Source: an uncultured Spirochaetaceae bacterium
GTDB taxonomy: Bacteria > Spirochaetota > Spirochaetia > SZUA-6 > RPPD01
Assembly: GCA_964514135.1 (NCBI GenBank)
Contig: CAZEPL010000003.1
Span: forward strand, 6,549-70,548
DNA: 64,000 nucleotides
Direction of reading: 5' to 3'
How positions within the stretch are numbered: the first letter of the stretch is position 1; each line of letters starts with the position of its first letter. Shown here in pieces: positions 17,696 through 27,921 of the stretch. The notes below the pieces were generated by a model. It ran no database searches. It saw only the letters and a list, made by a program, of their open reading frames with translations, and was not told where the DNA came from. Position numbers and translations under genes: made by a program.

Positions 17696-18775
17696 TTAAG
17701 AACTCTGCCGGCGGAATTCTTTGGGAACCATACCGGTTTTTTCTTTAAACACCCTGTTAAAAGTGGCTTTGGAATTAAAACCGGCAGCAAAAGCCAGTTC
17801 CAATATTGATTTTTTATTGTTTGCGAGATTTTGCAGCAATTTTTTTACCTCATTTAAGCGGTAGGTGTTTAAGAATTCGTTAAAGTTAATTTCTTCATGC
17901 TTACGAATGATCTGCGATAATCTTACCGGAGGGATAATACGAGTCAAAGCTGAGAGATCACCCAAGGTAAGTTCTATATCTATATATGCTTTTTGTTGTT
18001 CCATCACGGATTTGAGCCTTTTATATTCTTGATCCGTATCTTCATCGGTTAAAAACTGTTTAACCGGATATTTCTTATCGTAATCGATTTCATCAACAAA
18101 AATGACAGGATGTAATAATGAAAAGTAACCCAACAAATATATTACAAAGGCTACATTTAAGGCTATCATAGCATGCATGAGTTCTTTGAATGCAGCTGAG
18201 TCCACCAAGCTGTAAGCAAATATTATTAAGAGAACAGAAGCTATCCATGATAAAATCGATATAATAATAAGAGAAAAAATCCATATTTTACGCTCAAGTG
18301 TTATCATCCAATTATAAAATCCGTATCGCTTTTTAAAAAGGATAATGATGTTTGCCAGAGAAAATACTGAGGCCCAAACAAATGATGTTAATGCATAGTT
18401 ATAATACTGTGTAAATAGAGCGGCATCTGTTGTTAAGTATATTATAAAGGCAAAGAAAGAAATGGCGGCCGGGGAGAGATAAAATAAATATATTTTTTTA
18501 AATTCAAAATTGATATCGGTTAAAGACTTAATATAAAAATACGAGAGCGGTCCCAGCAAAAACAAATCAAACTCAATGGAAAAAAAGAAACAAATGTGTG
18601 TTGGAATAATTCCTGCTAAATAAAGGTATGTGTTGAGCAGCAAATAGACAAGTGCATAAATCCATAAGCTTAAAAATAAATTTGATTGGCTTTTTTTTCT
18701 TTTATTAAAGACGGCAATTCCAAGGAAAGTTCCATGTAAAGCTCCCAGCAGAATTAATATTCTTAAAATAAACAT
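17696..18775 (-). CDS. AraC-family transcriptional regulator with a multi-pass membrane N-terminal domain
   Basis: About six hydrophobic helices at the N-terminus are followed by a C-terminal AraC helix-turn-helix (LAFAAGFNSKATFNRVFKEKTGMVPKEFRR). Confidence 0.75.
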   Translation of the reverse strand: MFILRILILLGALHGTFLGIAVFNKRKKSQSNLFLSLWIYALVYLLLNTYLYLAGIIPTHICFFFSIEFDLFLLGPLSYFYIKSLTDINFEFKKIYLFYLSPAAISFFAFIIYLTTDAALFTQYYNYALTSFVWASVFSLANIIILFKKRYGFYNWMITLERKIWIFSLIIISILSWIASVLLIIFAYSLVDSAAFKELMHAMIALNVAFVIYLLGYFSLLHPVIFVDEIDYDKKYPVKQFLTDEDTDQEYKRLKSVMEQQKAYIDIELTLGDLSALTRIIPPVRLSQIIRKHEEINFNEFLNTYRLNEVKKLLQNLANNKKSILELAFAAGFNSKATFNRVFKEKTGMVPKEFRRQSS

Positions 18776-18939
18776 AGCTTAACCACCATTACATCTCTAT
18801 GCAGTATTCTTTTCCTTTTAAAACGGTTATAATAAAAATAGGATATATGGCCTGCCCTGTCAATTATGAGAGTTAATCAGACAGCTCAAAAGCTATTTTA
18901 TAATAAGAAAAAACAGTATATAATGGATCCGGTTTTGCT

Positions 18940-20775
18940 ATGAAGATATTCAGAACGCTTTTTATTGCCATTCTCATTATTATTATTGGTTTTTTCGGGG
19001 CATTCCTGCTCCTTTACTCAATAAACACGGTTACACATAACATAAATGAGATCTCAAAGCAGGCCTCAATTACCCTTTCCAACATCAATGAACTCAATTA
19101 TAAATTAAAAGTAATCCTCGGGCAGAAAGACGACATTCGTATTGTCCAACATGAATATCAAACTCTGATTGAGGAGTGCAACCATAATATGGAGCTGATC
19201 ACGGAAATCAGTGCCGCCTTAACTGCTGAGACTAAAACCATAGCTCTTAATGTAGGCCGGTTATGGAATATTATTTATCCCAGCCTGCAGGAAGGCAACA
19301 GCAACCTCATTGCTTTAATTCAAGCAAGGAAGTATTCAGAGATCGGGGATAAAAGTATAGAGGGCTTCTTACAGGAGCTTTCACGGTTTGAAAACAGAGA
19401 TAAGGTCCCTGAGTACAGACCTCTGTTTTGGTTTAAAAAAAGCATACAAATTGTAGAATATTCTACTAAGGGTTTTACCAAGAATTTAAAACAACTGAGT
19501 CAACTTCTCAATGAACAAAGCGGTGTAATTACTTCCGTAAACACAATTGTGTCATGGATTATCGCTGCTGCTGAAGTGATTTTTGCCATTGCTTTTGTGT
19601 TGATTTTTTCAAAAAACCTTACCCAGCGTTTTATAAAATTAAACAATTACCTTAACAACATCTTAAACTCAATGCCTTCCATTATAATTACCATAGATAG
19701 TATGGGTAAAGTTACTCAATGGAACTATAAAGCAAAAGAAGCTACGGGTCTGAGTTCGGAACAGGCCAAGGGTAACCTTTTCTCCAAGGTCTTCCCTCTT
19801 TTAGAACTGGAGCGGGAGAAGATTCAAAGAGCAATTAAAAACCAAATCGTAGTACATGATTACAAAATTGTTGATGAAAAACAGGGTGTCATACGCTATT
19901 CGGATTTGACAATATATCCTCTTGTAGCCAATGGCGTGGATGGCGCGGTTATCCGTATTGATGATGTAACCGAAAAGGTAAAACTGGAAGAGATCATGAT
20001 CCAATCCGAAAAAATGCTCTCGATCGGAGGTTTAGCCGCAGGTATTGCTCATGAGCTCAACAATCCTTTGGCAGGTATTATTCAGAATATAGAAGTCGCC
20101 TTAAACCGCTTCAATAAAGAAATACCAGCTAATGTAAAAATGGCGAAAGAAATCGGAATTAATATGGACATGCTTATGACATATATAAAAAAGAGAATGA
20201 TTCAGGATACCCTGGAAGACGCTCATAAAGAGGCAAGGCGCGCGGCTGAACTAGTGGAAAATATGCTCAGATTTTGCCGCAAAACAGATTCAAAGAAAGA
20301 GAAACAAAACCTAAGTGAACTTCTTGAACAGACCATCGACATGGCTTCCAATGATTATGATCTTAAGAAAAAATATGATTTTAGGAAGATTAAAATAAAC
20401 CGCAATTATAAAAGTGTTCCGGATGTTTTGTGTTCTAAATCGGAGATTCAACAGGTATTCTTAAATCTTTTAAAAAATGCTGCGCAAGCCATGCATGATG
20501 CCGAAACTTCCGATCCGCAGATCCACGTAAGTATCTCAACAAAGAAAAACAAAGTAACTGTTGAAATAGAAAATAACGGCCCCGGTATTCCCGAAAATAT
20601 CAGAAAGCGTATTTTTGAACCGTTTTTTACAACCAAAACCGCGCATAAGGGTACGGGTCTGGGTTTATACATATCCTATTTTATAATTGTGGAAAATCAT
20701 CAGGGTGAAATCAACGTACATCGCTCAAAAAAGGGCGAAACCCGATTTGTCATCCAGCTTCCGCTAGAGGTATGA
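18940..20775 (+). CDS. Sensor histidine kinase with TM/HAMP-like, PAS, HisKA and HATPase_c regions
   Basis: The H-box is [16 protein letters not shown]. The N, G1 and G2 boxes are [10 protein letters not shown]...GTGLGL. Confidence 0.8.
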   Translation: MKIFRTLFIAILIIIIGFFGAFLLLYSINTVTHNINEISKQASITLSNINELNYKLKVILGQKDDIRIVQHEYQTLIEECNHNMELITEISAALTAETKTIALNVGRLWNIIYPSLQEGNSNLIALIQARKYSEIGDKSIEGFLQELSRFENRDKVPEYRPLFWFKKSIQIVEYSTKGFTKNLKQLSQLLNEQSGVITSVNTIVSWIIAAAEVIFAIAFVLIFSKNLTQRFIKLNNYLNNILNSMPSIIITIDSMGKVTQWNYKAKEATGLSSEQAKGNLFSKVFPLLELEREKIQRAIKNQIVVHDYKIVDEKQGVIRYSDLTIYPLVANGVDGAVIRIDDVTEKVKLEEIMIQSEKMLSIGGLAAGIAHELNNPLAGIIQNIEVALNRFNKEIPANVKMAKEIGINMDMLMTYIKKRMIQDTLEDAHKEARRAAELVENMLRFCRKTDSKKEKQNLSELLEQTIDMASNDYDLKKKYDFRKIKINRNYKSVPDVLCSKSEIQQVFLNLLKNAAQAMHDAETSDPQIHVSISTKKNKVTVEIENNGPGIPENIRKRIFEPFFTTKTAHKGTGLGLYISYFIIVENHQGEINVHRSKKGETRFVIQLPLEV

Positions 20776-20790
20776 TGATATATACAAAAA

Positions 20791-22329
20791 CTATTCAGTC
20801 CAATTTTCCACACGGAAATCAATAACTTCCTGATAGTACTCTTCAACCGAATCTCTGTTGGGTATTTTTTCCAACGCAGCAAGATACTCCTTCCATACAG
20901 CATCGTATTTTCCCGCAGGTGCGGAGATTAAGAGTGGCGTATACTTCTCACGTAAATTCATAACCGCTTCTTCGGCAGTCTTTTCCGGACTGTCTTGTTC
21001 CATGGCAGCGGAAGCCGTCCATAAGGGAAAATACACAGCCCGCCGCATATCCGGTGGTTTAAACATTTCATACCAGGTTTTTACACCATACATGTTTAAT
21101 ACCTCTTTTTCGGAATCGTTTAAGCGGGCATAAAAGATAAGATGATTGTATTTCGGGTTAACACTATTACCGTCCGAATACACGGAATAATCGCTAAATC
21201 CGCAGAACTGACTCCAATAAATAGCACCATAGGTTTTTATTCTCCAGGTCTCATCCGTCCATTTGTCTATCTGTTCGGAAGTTCTATAGAAAATACCGTC
21301 TTCATTCACCAGATAATCTTCACCCTCAAATCCCCATTTTCTGATTTTCATCACCTCTTCCCGACAGAGAAAATCAAAATACTTAATTATTAAGACAGGA
21401 TCTTCACATGCGATAGTGATCCCGATTCCTTGATCGGTCTGCGGTTCAATAGGCCCTTCATACTCTTCTTCATATCCTTTCATAACCAATGGAAGCGGAA
21501 CAAACCACCTGTCCTGATCCTGTTCCAAAAGATAGGTCTGGGCAGGGTTAATATGCCAGCGGTGGTCATAGAATCCGAGAATCCTTCCGGATTTTAACTT
21601 TTCCAGATATTTTTCGTAGTCCATGATAAAGGATTCGGCATCGTATAATCCCTTTAAATACATCTGGTTATAAAGCTTATATAGTTTGTAACTTTCTTCC
21701 CCATCATAATAGCGTTTAGCCACCCATCCACCCTTTTCATATTCCACATTAGCCGAAGAGTCATTGGGATGCCCGCTTAAAACCGAAGGGGCGTTTAAAA
21801 GCGAGAACTTGCGCCATCCCGTAGCCATGGCGGTAAAACCAAGTGTTTTCTCTCCGTTTATTGAGGGGTATTTCCGCGCGTACTTTTCCAAGAGTTCGAT
21901 AAACCCTTCAAAGTACTTGATTTTTGGATAACCAAACTCTTTCAATACCGCTTTTTGGATCCAGACAGCATGATGAACATTTGTTCTGGCTACTCTGTCT
22001 TCATAAGGCCAGAAGGGCGGCAGATAATAGATGTGGCCGTCCTCATGTCTGAACCGTCCCATATATTTTCCGTACAGCTTCTTGATATTGGGACCGTACT
22101 TTTCAATTAAATCGTCCAAAGGAATGAGTACACCGGCTTCCACTAGCTTGATTGTTTGATTGCGTGCTTGAATAATATCCGGGTACTGCTTGCCGGCAAT
22201 CATGATTTCTATTTGAGTTTCCTGCTCGCCTTCTAGGAACTGAAAAGTTTGCCGTACTCTTGTTTCCTTTTCAAGCCAATCACCGAATATAGTGCCATCC
22301 ACCGGATAATCTTCCTGGGCAAAAGCCAC
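20791..22329 (-). CDS. Putative large extracellular solute-binding protein (ABC-transporter substrate-binding-protein-like)
   Basis: The mature protein is about 510 aa. The frame continues upstream to about 22433 and encodes a signal-peptide-like stretch (KKLLSFIVLILPVLFLTFC), but has no ATG, GTG or TTG start. Confidence 0.4.
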   Translation of the reverse strand: MAFAQEDYPVDGTIFGDWLEKETRVRQTFQFLEGEQETQIEIMIAGKQYPDIIQARNQTIKLVEAGVLIPLDDLIEKYGPNIKKLYGKYMGRFRHEDGHIYYLPPFWPYEDRVARTNVHHAVWIQKAVLKEFGYPKIKYFEGFIELLEKYARKYPSINGEKTLGFTAMATGWRKFSLLNAPSVLSGHPNDSSANVEYEKGGWVAKRYYDGEESYKLYKLYNQMYLKGLYDAESFIMDYEKYLEKLKSGRILGFYDHRWHINPAQTYLLEQDQDRWFVPLPLVMKGYEEEYEGPIEPQTDQGIGITIACEDPVLIIKYFDFLCREEVMKIRKWGFEGEDYLVNEDGIFYRTSEQIDKWTDETWRIKTYGAIYWSQFCGFSDYSVYSDGNSVNPKYNHLIFYARLNDSEKEVLNMYGVKTWYEMFKPPDMRRAVYFPLWTASAAMEQDSPEKTAEEAVMNLREKYTPLLISAPAGKYDAVWKEYLAALEKIPNRDSVEEYYQEVIDFRVENWTE

Positions 22330-22631
22330 AAAAACACTAAATTCCTTTATTTCTTTTGGCCATGAATCCCCATCTTGGGTACAAAATGTCAGAAATAATA
22401 CAGGTAAAATTAATACTATAAAAGATAATAATTTTTTCGTAACAACCTCCTTCCTTTTTATATATTAATTAATTCTTATTGATATCTCCTTGTTTTGCAA
22501 GTATGATCTTAAAGTTTATCTAGGTCAAAAGAGGAACAAATTTAAAATTGCTCTATGCTCTTTTTTTTGCATAACACTCGTACATATAGTATACTATAAA
22601 TATTAATACTTGATAGTAGCAGAGTGTAACC

Positions 22632-23009
22632 GTGAAAAACAAGAAATATAATATATTAGTTGTAGATGATGAGCCTTCCATATATAAAAGTATTGCCCGC
22701 TATCTGGAAGATTTCAATTTTCATGTAGATACTGCCGCAGATGGCAAAAGCGGACTTCAATGTATAGAAGAAAGAGATTTTGATTTAATGATCGCAGACC
22801 TCAGACTCCCGGACATGTTGGGGGAAGAATTTATTAAAAATGTGCATAGTATCAAGCCGCATATCAAGATTTTTATATTTACGGGTTCGCTGGATTATGT
22901 GTTAACCAAGGATATGCTTGACATCGGTTTAAAACAGGAAGATATACTTTACAAAACTTTTATAAACTTTGATCAACTTTTGGAAAAAATAAATACAGTT
23001 TTAAAATAA
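22632..23009 (+). CDS. Single-domain response regulator (CheY-like receiver)
   Basis: The receiver motifs are ILVVDDEPSI...MIADLRLPDM. The start codon is GTG. Confidence 0.7.
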   Translation: MKNKKYNILVVDDEPSIYKSIARYLEDFNFHVDTAADGKSGLQCIEERDFDLMIADLRLPDMLGEEFIKNVHSIKPHIKIFIFTGSLDYVLTKDMLDIGLKQEDILYKTFINFDQLLEKINTVLK

Positions 23010-23025
23010 ATAACGGAGGGAAGAT

Positions 23026-23607
23026 ATGAAACTCAAGCCTATCGCATATATAGGTATAGTTTTTTTACTGCTTGCTTTACCGTTATCTGCCCAGCGCGCA
23101 CCGGATATAGATTCCTTTAAAGAGGGATTTGCCCGCTATACCGTAAACGGGAAATACGGCTTCATCGACAAAACCGGAAAGCTAGCCATAGCTGCTGTGT
23201 ACGAGAACGCCATTTACTTTAAAAACGGAGTTGCCGCCGTAAAGAAAAACAGGAAGTGGGGTTATATTAACGCCGATGGGGTATTAATAATTCAGCCGCA
23301 ATTTGAAGATGCTGACAGTTTCAGCGAGGGTTATGCCTGTGTCCGAAAAAACGGTAACTACGGCTTTATTAATAAAAGCGGGACATTTGTCATTCAGCCC
23401 CAGTTTGATTATGCATTTTCATTTACGGAGGGTTTGGCAGCGGTTAAAAAAGATAAAAAATGGGGATTCATAACCCCGACCGGTTCATATGCCATACTCT
23501 TGCAGTTTGAAAGCGTGATGTCATTTAGTGAAGGACTTGCTGTAATCCGGATAAATGAAAAGCATGGATATATCGATAAAACAGGGGAGATTAAAATCGC
23601 AGCTTAA
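23026..23607 (+). CDS. WG-repeat (WG_beta_rep) lipoprotein, N-terminal part ending at an in-frame TAA
   Basis: It has a signal peptide and repeated KWGYI(N/D)..G motifs. Confidence 0.6.
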   Translation: MKLKPIAYIGIVFLLLALPLSAQRAPDIDSFKEGFARYTVNGKYGFIDKTGKLAIAAVYENAIYFKNGVAAVKKNRKWGYINADGVLIIQPQFEDADSFSEGYACVRKNGNYGFINKSGTFVIQPQFDYAFSFTEGLAAVKKDKKWGFITPTGSYAILLQFESVMSFSEGLAVIRINEKHGYIDKTGEIKIAA

Positions 23608-23646
23608 TATAAGGATGCAACTAGTTTTAAAAACGGGCGCGCGTCC

Positions 23647-23937
23647 GTGGAGGATGAACAGGGTCTTGCCATTATCGATAAAACCGGCACGATTATTTTT
23701 CGAGTAGATTACGACACCTACTTTAATTACTTCTTCGACGGACTGCTCCTCTCTAATAAACAGGGTAAATACGGTTATATCAATAAAAAAGGTGAAGTGG
23801 TCATATCACCTCAATTCGAAGATGCCTGCAGTTTTTCGGACGGAGCCGCCGCAGTACTTAAAGACGGTAAATGGGGCTATATTGATACCAGCGGAAATTT
23901 TATAATCCCTCCCCGGTTCGATCCCATTCATTGGTAG
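23647..23937 (+). CDS. WG-repeat protein, continuation in the same frame after the TAA at 23605-23607
   Basis: It is in the same frame as 23026..23607. The repeat register continues uninterrupted across the stop. Confidence 0.55.
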   Translation: MEDEQGLAIIDKTGTIIFRVDYDTYFNYFFDGLLLSNKQGKYGYINKKGEVVISPQFEDACSFSDGAAAVLKDGKWGYIDTSGNFIIPPRFDPIHW

Positions 23938-23947
23938 CGGTATCTTG

Positions 23948-24097
23948 CTAGATAAAGCGTTCGAAACGCTCCTTTTTTGCCTTACAAACCGGGCAGACCT
24001 CCAGCGGATTATTTCTGGCACAGAGATATCCGCAGACCTTACAGCGCCATACGGGGTAGGAAAGATTGTTAACCTCACCTGAGTTGCTCGGCTGCAT
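23948..24097 (-). CDS. Rubredoxin-like zinc-ribbon protein
   Basis: There are two CxxC pairs, WRCKVCGY...CPVCKAKK. Confidence 0.5.
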   Translation of the reverse strand: MQPSNSGEVNNLSYPVWRCKVCGYLCARNNPLEVCPVCKAKKERFERFI

Positions 24098-24308
24098 AAA
24101 TTGTCTCCTTTTATGTTTTTGCGGTCTCCTCTCGGGGATCGGTTTGACAGGAATTTCCCCTTTTACCGCCTGCACGGATACATACAGAGCACAATAATCA
24201 GGAAATCAATTTTTATCACTTGTTAAAATATGCTGCCCGTAACCAACATCCCGCCAGAGGTGGTTTTTAAAAGGAGTAACATCTGCGAACTGTGTTATAA
24301 AATAGCGC

Positions 24309-26612
24309 TTACTTTATGACTTTACTCACTAAGAGTATCTCGCCCTGGTCAGTCGCCAGAATGAGCTGTTTATCTCCGACAAGCGGGCGGCAGCCGATCC
24401 GGGCATCGATTTTAATCAATCTCTGCACATTGCCTGTCATAGCGTCTGCAATGACCAAGGTTCCGTCATTCCTGCTGTAGTATAGTCTTCCGTTCAGATA
24501 AAGCGGAGGAGCCGTTACATGAGGAAGCGGTCTAAATAATGCCCTGCCGTTTGCAGCAGAGAATGCGTAAATCTTATCGGCAGCATATATGTATACTGCT
24601 TTTTCAAGCGCAATTATTTCTTGATGCGGGTAGATATTTGAATTAGGATCAAGTTTTTTCTGCCAGACTATGCTTTTGCTATTCAGATCAACACATACCA
24701 GCATACCTTTTCTTCCACAGAAATAAGCCCTGCCCTGGGAAACACTGATTGGAATAGCTATCGGACCGAAAGCTTGGGTTTTCAGCGGCTGAGGATCAGG
24801 CGCTCCGCTCTGTACGTCCATACTAACAAGCTCTCCCGTTAGGTTAACTATATATATTTTACCTTTATACACCACTGGTGTCATTAGTGAACCGCCGGGT
24901 ATCTGATACTCTTTTTGGGTGGTGCCATTCTGTAAATCGATAATTTGGATAGCGGAATCAGTAGCAAAAAGCCCGTTATTGCCTAATACCACTATACGCC
25001 TTCCGAACATTTGATTTTCCACGGTAGTCAATGCTCTGCGCTTAAGCACCTTACCCGAAGCGACCTGTATGATAACCAGCTCTCTGGAACCCGCGAAGTA
25101 GAGATTACTGCCGATAACTTTAGGCCAGGAATTATGATTGGGATTGTTCGACGTTTCTTGCGACCATACAATACTGCCATTGCTGTCAAAGGCATAAACT
25201 TTTCCCTGGTTACTGGCTGCTACGATCAGCTCACCTGCCGGCAGCATTTCTCCCACAAAACGAGCGTCAGCCAGCTTAACTTTCTTAATCGGAACTACTT
25301 CTCTTGTTATCCCGGCCGGTTTCTTCTCTTTGCCTGTATCTATTAATCCCACTGCCTTATTCAGCTCATCCTTTGCTTTGACTTCGCTTTTAGGCTCCTT
25401 TTCTTCCTGCTCCTTTTCCGCCTTTGAAAGCTCCTGTAATACAATAGTGTAGTCCTTTTGGGTTGCTATATTGGTTTCTACTGTTACACTTTGCTTATTA
25501 AATCCGGATTTCTTTACCGTAAATTCAAGCGTTTTACCTTCTTCATATAGTTTTTGAAATCTTCCTTTGCCAACAGATACACCGTCAAGATATATATCCG
25601 CATCTTTTGGTTCGGTTGCGATTTTAATCTTAATTAATACGGGGACCGTTTTTGTTAATTGAATTTTATCTTTATCTTCGGAAGACTTTTCCGCTGCCAT
25701 ACTGACTTCTTTAATCTCTACCTGATCCAGCTTTTTAAGTTCATCCTCTTTTTCAGCTGAGATCTCTTGCGGCGGTTTAATTACCTTATTAATCTTATCA
25801 TTCGTTTCTGTAACCAGAGCAGAAACTGTTTCCAACTCCGCTTCTGTGAGCTCTTCAGCCTGATCGGCCTTTTTTACTTCATCTACCATAACCTTGACTA
25901 TCTGCTCGGTTTCTTTCGCGGCTTCTTCATCTATGGTCACTTCCTGACGCGCTGTAACAACCAACGCCATACCCTCCATTTTTTTAACCAACGCTTTAAG
26001 CTTGGTATTGTCAAGTTGAGTCTGCTCCTGTATCTTATCCGATTCCGCGCTCTCAGGGACTATTGTTACCGCTCCCTCTTTTACAGCTAATACGGTTTCT
26101 TTAGACTCCGTTACCCGTACTGAAAATTCAGTTCCGCGGATACCGCATACTGCCGTGCGAGTACGGACTTTAAAAGACTCTTTACCGGATAATTTGGAAA
26201 CTTTGCACAGAACCGATCCCACAGCCAGATCAATGTCTACTGCTGTCTGTTCCGGTTCCAACCAAAATTCCTTTAGGGAAATTTCCGTATTCTCCTGAAC
26301 TCTTACCACAGATTTCTGTCCAAACTGCAGCTCGCAAAGTGAATCAGCTCCGACCTTCACAACTTCATCGGGATGCACGATATTGCCAATTTCTAAATAC
26401 TCCCATTCAGCTGTCCCTTTAACATACACCTCGCCGGATACGAAGATTACCAAAGCCTCTTCATAGGTCAAAGTTGCTTTTCCCGATTCAAGGTCTTGAT
26501 CCGATAAAGATTCAGTTCGAGTAACCATCTGTGCAGGCTGGGGACATGAATAGAAAAAAGCACATACTCCTATCATGAAAATTATGAGGATTAACTTTGT
26601 CGGTTTAAGCAT
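24309..26612 (-). CDS. Exported multi-domain protein: FecR-like + coiled-coil + PEGA + PQQ-like beta-propeller repeats
   Basis: After the signal peptide, the FecR-like region is VVRVQENTEISL...GIRGTEFSV. The PEGA domain is IATEPKDADIYLDGVSVGKG. Propeller repeats near the C-terminus include GKVYAFDSNGSIVWSQ. Confidence 0.55.
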   Translation of the reverse strand: MLKPTKLILIIFMIGVCAFFYSCPQPAQMVTRTESLSDQDLESGKATLTYEEALVIFVSGEVYVKGTAEWEYLEIGNIVHPDEVVKVGADSLCELQFGQKSVVRVQENTEISLKEFWLEPEQTAVDIDLAVGSVLCKVSKLSGKESFKVRTRTAVCGIRGTEFSVRVTESKETVLAVKEGAVTIVPESAESDKIQEQTQLDNTKLKALVKKMEGMALVVTARQEVTIDEEAAKETEQIVKVMVDEVKKADQAEELTEAELETVSALVTETNDKINKVIKPPQEISAEKEDELKKLDQVEIKEVSMAAEKSSEDKDKIQLTKTVPVLIKIKIATEPKDADIYLDGVSVGKGRFQKLYEEGKTLEFTVKKSGFNKQSVTVETNIATQKDYTIVLQELSKAEKEQEEKEPKSEVKAKDELNKAVGLIDTGKEKKPAGITREVVPIKKVKLADARFVGEMLPAGELIVAASNQGKVYAFDSNGSIVWSQETSNNPNHNSWPKVIGSNLYFAGSRELVIIQVASGKVLKRRALTTVENQMFGRRIVVLGNNGLFATDSAIQIIDLQNGTTQKEYQIPGGSLMTPVVYKGKIYIVNLTGELVSMDVQSGAPDPQPLKTQAFGPIAIPISVSQGRAYFCGRKGMLVCVDLNSKSIVWQKKLDPNSNIYPHQEIIALEKAVYIYAADKIYAFSAANGRALFRPLPHVTAPPLYLNGRLYYSRNDGTLVIADAMTGNVQRLIKIDARIGCRPLVGDKQLILATDQGEILLVSKVIK

Positions 26613-26808
26613 TCTACCCCCCCCCTCTAGTCATTATTTCTGTAACTTTCTACCATATGCTTTCTTAGATCGAAGTAAAAAACAGAAAAAATTGATTCCA
26701 TTTCAAATTTTACACCTTATCTCAGGCATTTTCAATTATTATGGAAAAAAACTACGTTATGTAAAAAAGTGATCGTCGAATCCGGTGTTTTCTAACCCGA
26801 TAAAAGCG

Positions 26809-27921
26809 CTAAAAACGATAAGCCGCACCCAAAGATATGAACTGTATCTGTACTGCAGAACCCTGACCTTCATAAGGAAGCTCAAGGCCGGCAATCAGTC
26901 CGAATAAAATATGCGGATTGAACACAAATGAAAAATTTGTTTGTACTGCTATATTCGGACTTATATTATAGATAAAGCTGATGCGTAAGGGTATTTGAGC
27001 AAAAAAGAGCCAGGCTGATTCTCCTGCCGCGAGAGAGAGCTGCTCCGGATTTTTATTGTCTAAATCCTGCTTGGCGGTTACCTGCACCGCTCCCGCGAGT
27101 AATGAAATGGAATAGCTGGAGGAAAACACACCGAGTGTGCGAAACACATAACCGGCACCTGCTAAAAATATCAGATTATCGGAAGCAGCCGGCAAGTCAT
27201 CCGGACTGACCGCATCGAATCCGAAGAACATATAATCGTTATAATCAAAATATACTGAAATCAGCAGACCCTGCTGCCGTTCAAAATACCAGACAAAATC
27301 CAATTCCAAAGGAAAGGGAAATTGAATTCTTGGCCTGAGCGTGAATTTGGCCTCGTCAATATCCGAAGTATTGGCTTTTAAAATCGATCCCACCCATATG
27401 CTGAGTTCAAACGGTCTGGCCATAGCCTCTGCAAACTGAACGGCCTGTATAGTGTCTTTTGTCTCAACATCTTTGATAAGGGAAGTTATCTTTACTTCAG
27501 GCTCTACTTCTCCCAGATGAGAGCTGAACTTGCGGGCCGTGGTTTCGATAAAGCCCTTAAAAGCAGCGTAATTAAGCTTATCGGCAGGGTAGCTAAACTC
27601 AGCGCTGGTAATATTCTCTTTACCCCGTTTAAGTTCAACCAGAACCGTAATCTGATTTGATCCGCCTTTTGTCACAGTAGTTGTGACAACCGATTTGGCC
27701 GCTTCCTTATATTCGGTATTAATTATAGGCTGGATAACCGTAATTAGCGAAGAGAGCATATCAGGTATTGTGGATAACAGCTCTTTGTCCGACTGTGTTT
27801 TATGATTTACCGGTTCAAAATACACACGGTGCAGTACCAATTCCTTATCCTGGGCGCAGAGTGAAAATAAAAGACAAAGCATCAGAAAAAAACTGCACAG
27901 CACTTGTTTCATAAATGCCAC
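26809..27921 (-). CDS. Hypothetical outer-membrane beta-barrel-like protein
   Basis: It has a signal peptide, C-terminal alternating hydrophobic strands and a terminal Phe (LGAAYRF). Confidence 0.4.
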   Translation of the reverse strand: MAFMKQVLCSFFLMLCLLFSLCAQDKELVLHRVYFEPVNHKTQSDKELLSTIPDMLSSLITVIQPIINTEYKEAAKSVVTTTVTKGGSNQITVLVELKRGKENITSAEFSYPADKLNYAAFKGFIETTARKFSSHLGEVEPEVKITSLIKDVETKDTIQAVQFAEAMARPFELSIWVGSILKANTSDIDEAKFTLRPRIQFPFPLELDFVWYFERQQGLLISVYFDYNDYMFFGFDAVSPDDLPAASDNLIFLAGAGYVFRTLGVFSSSYSISLLAGAVQVTAKQDLDNKNPEQLSLAAGESAWLFFAQIPLRISFIYNISPNIAVQTNFSFVFNPHILFGLIAGLELPYEGQGSAVQIQFISLGAAYRF

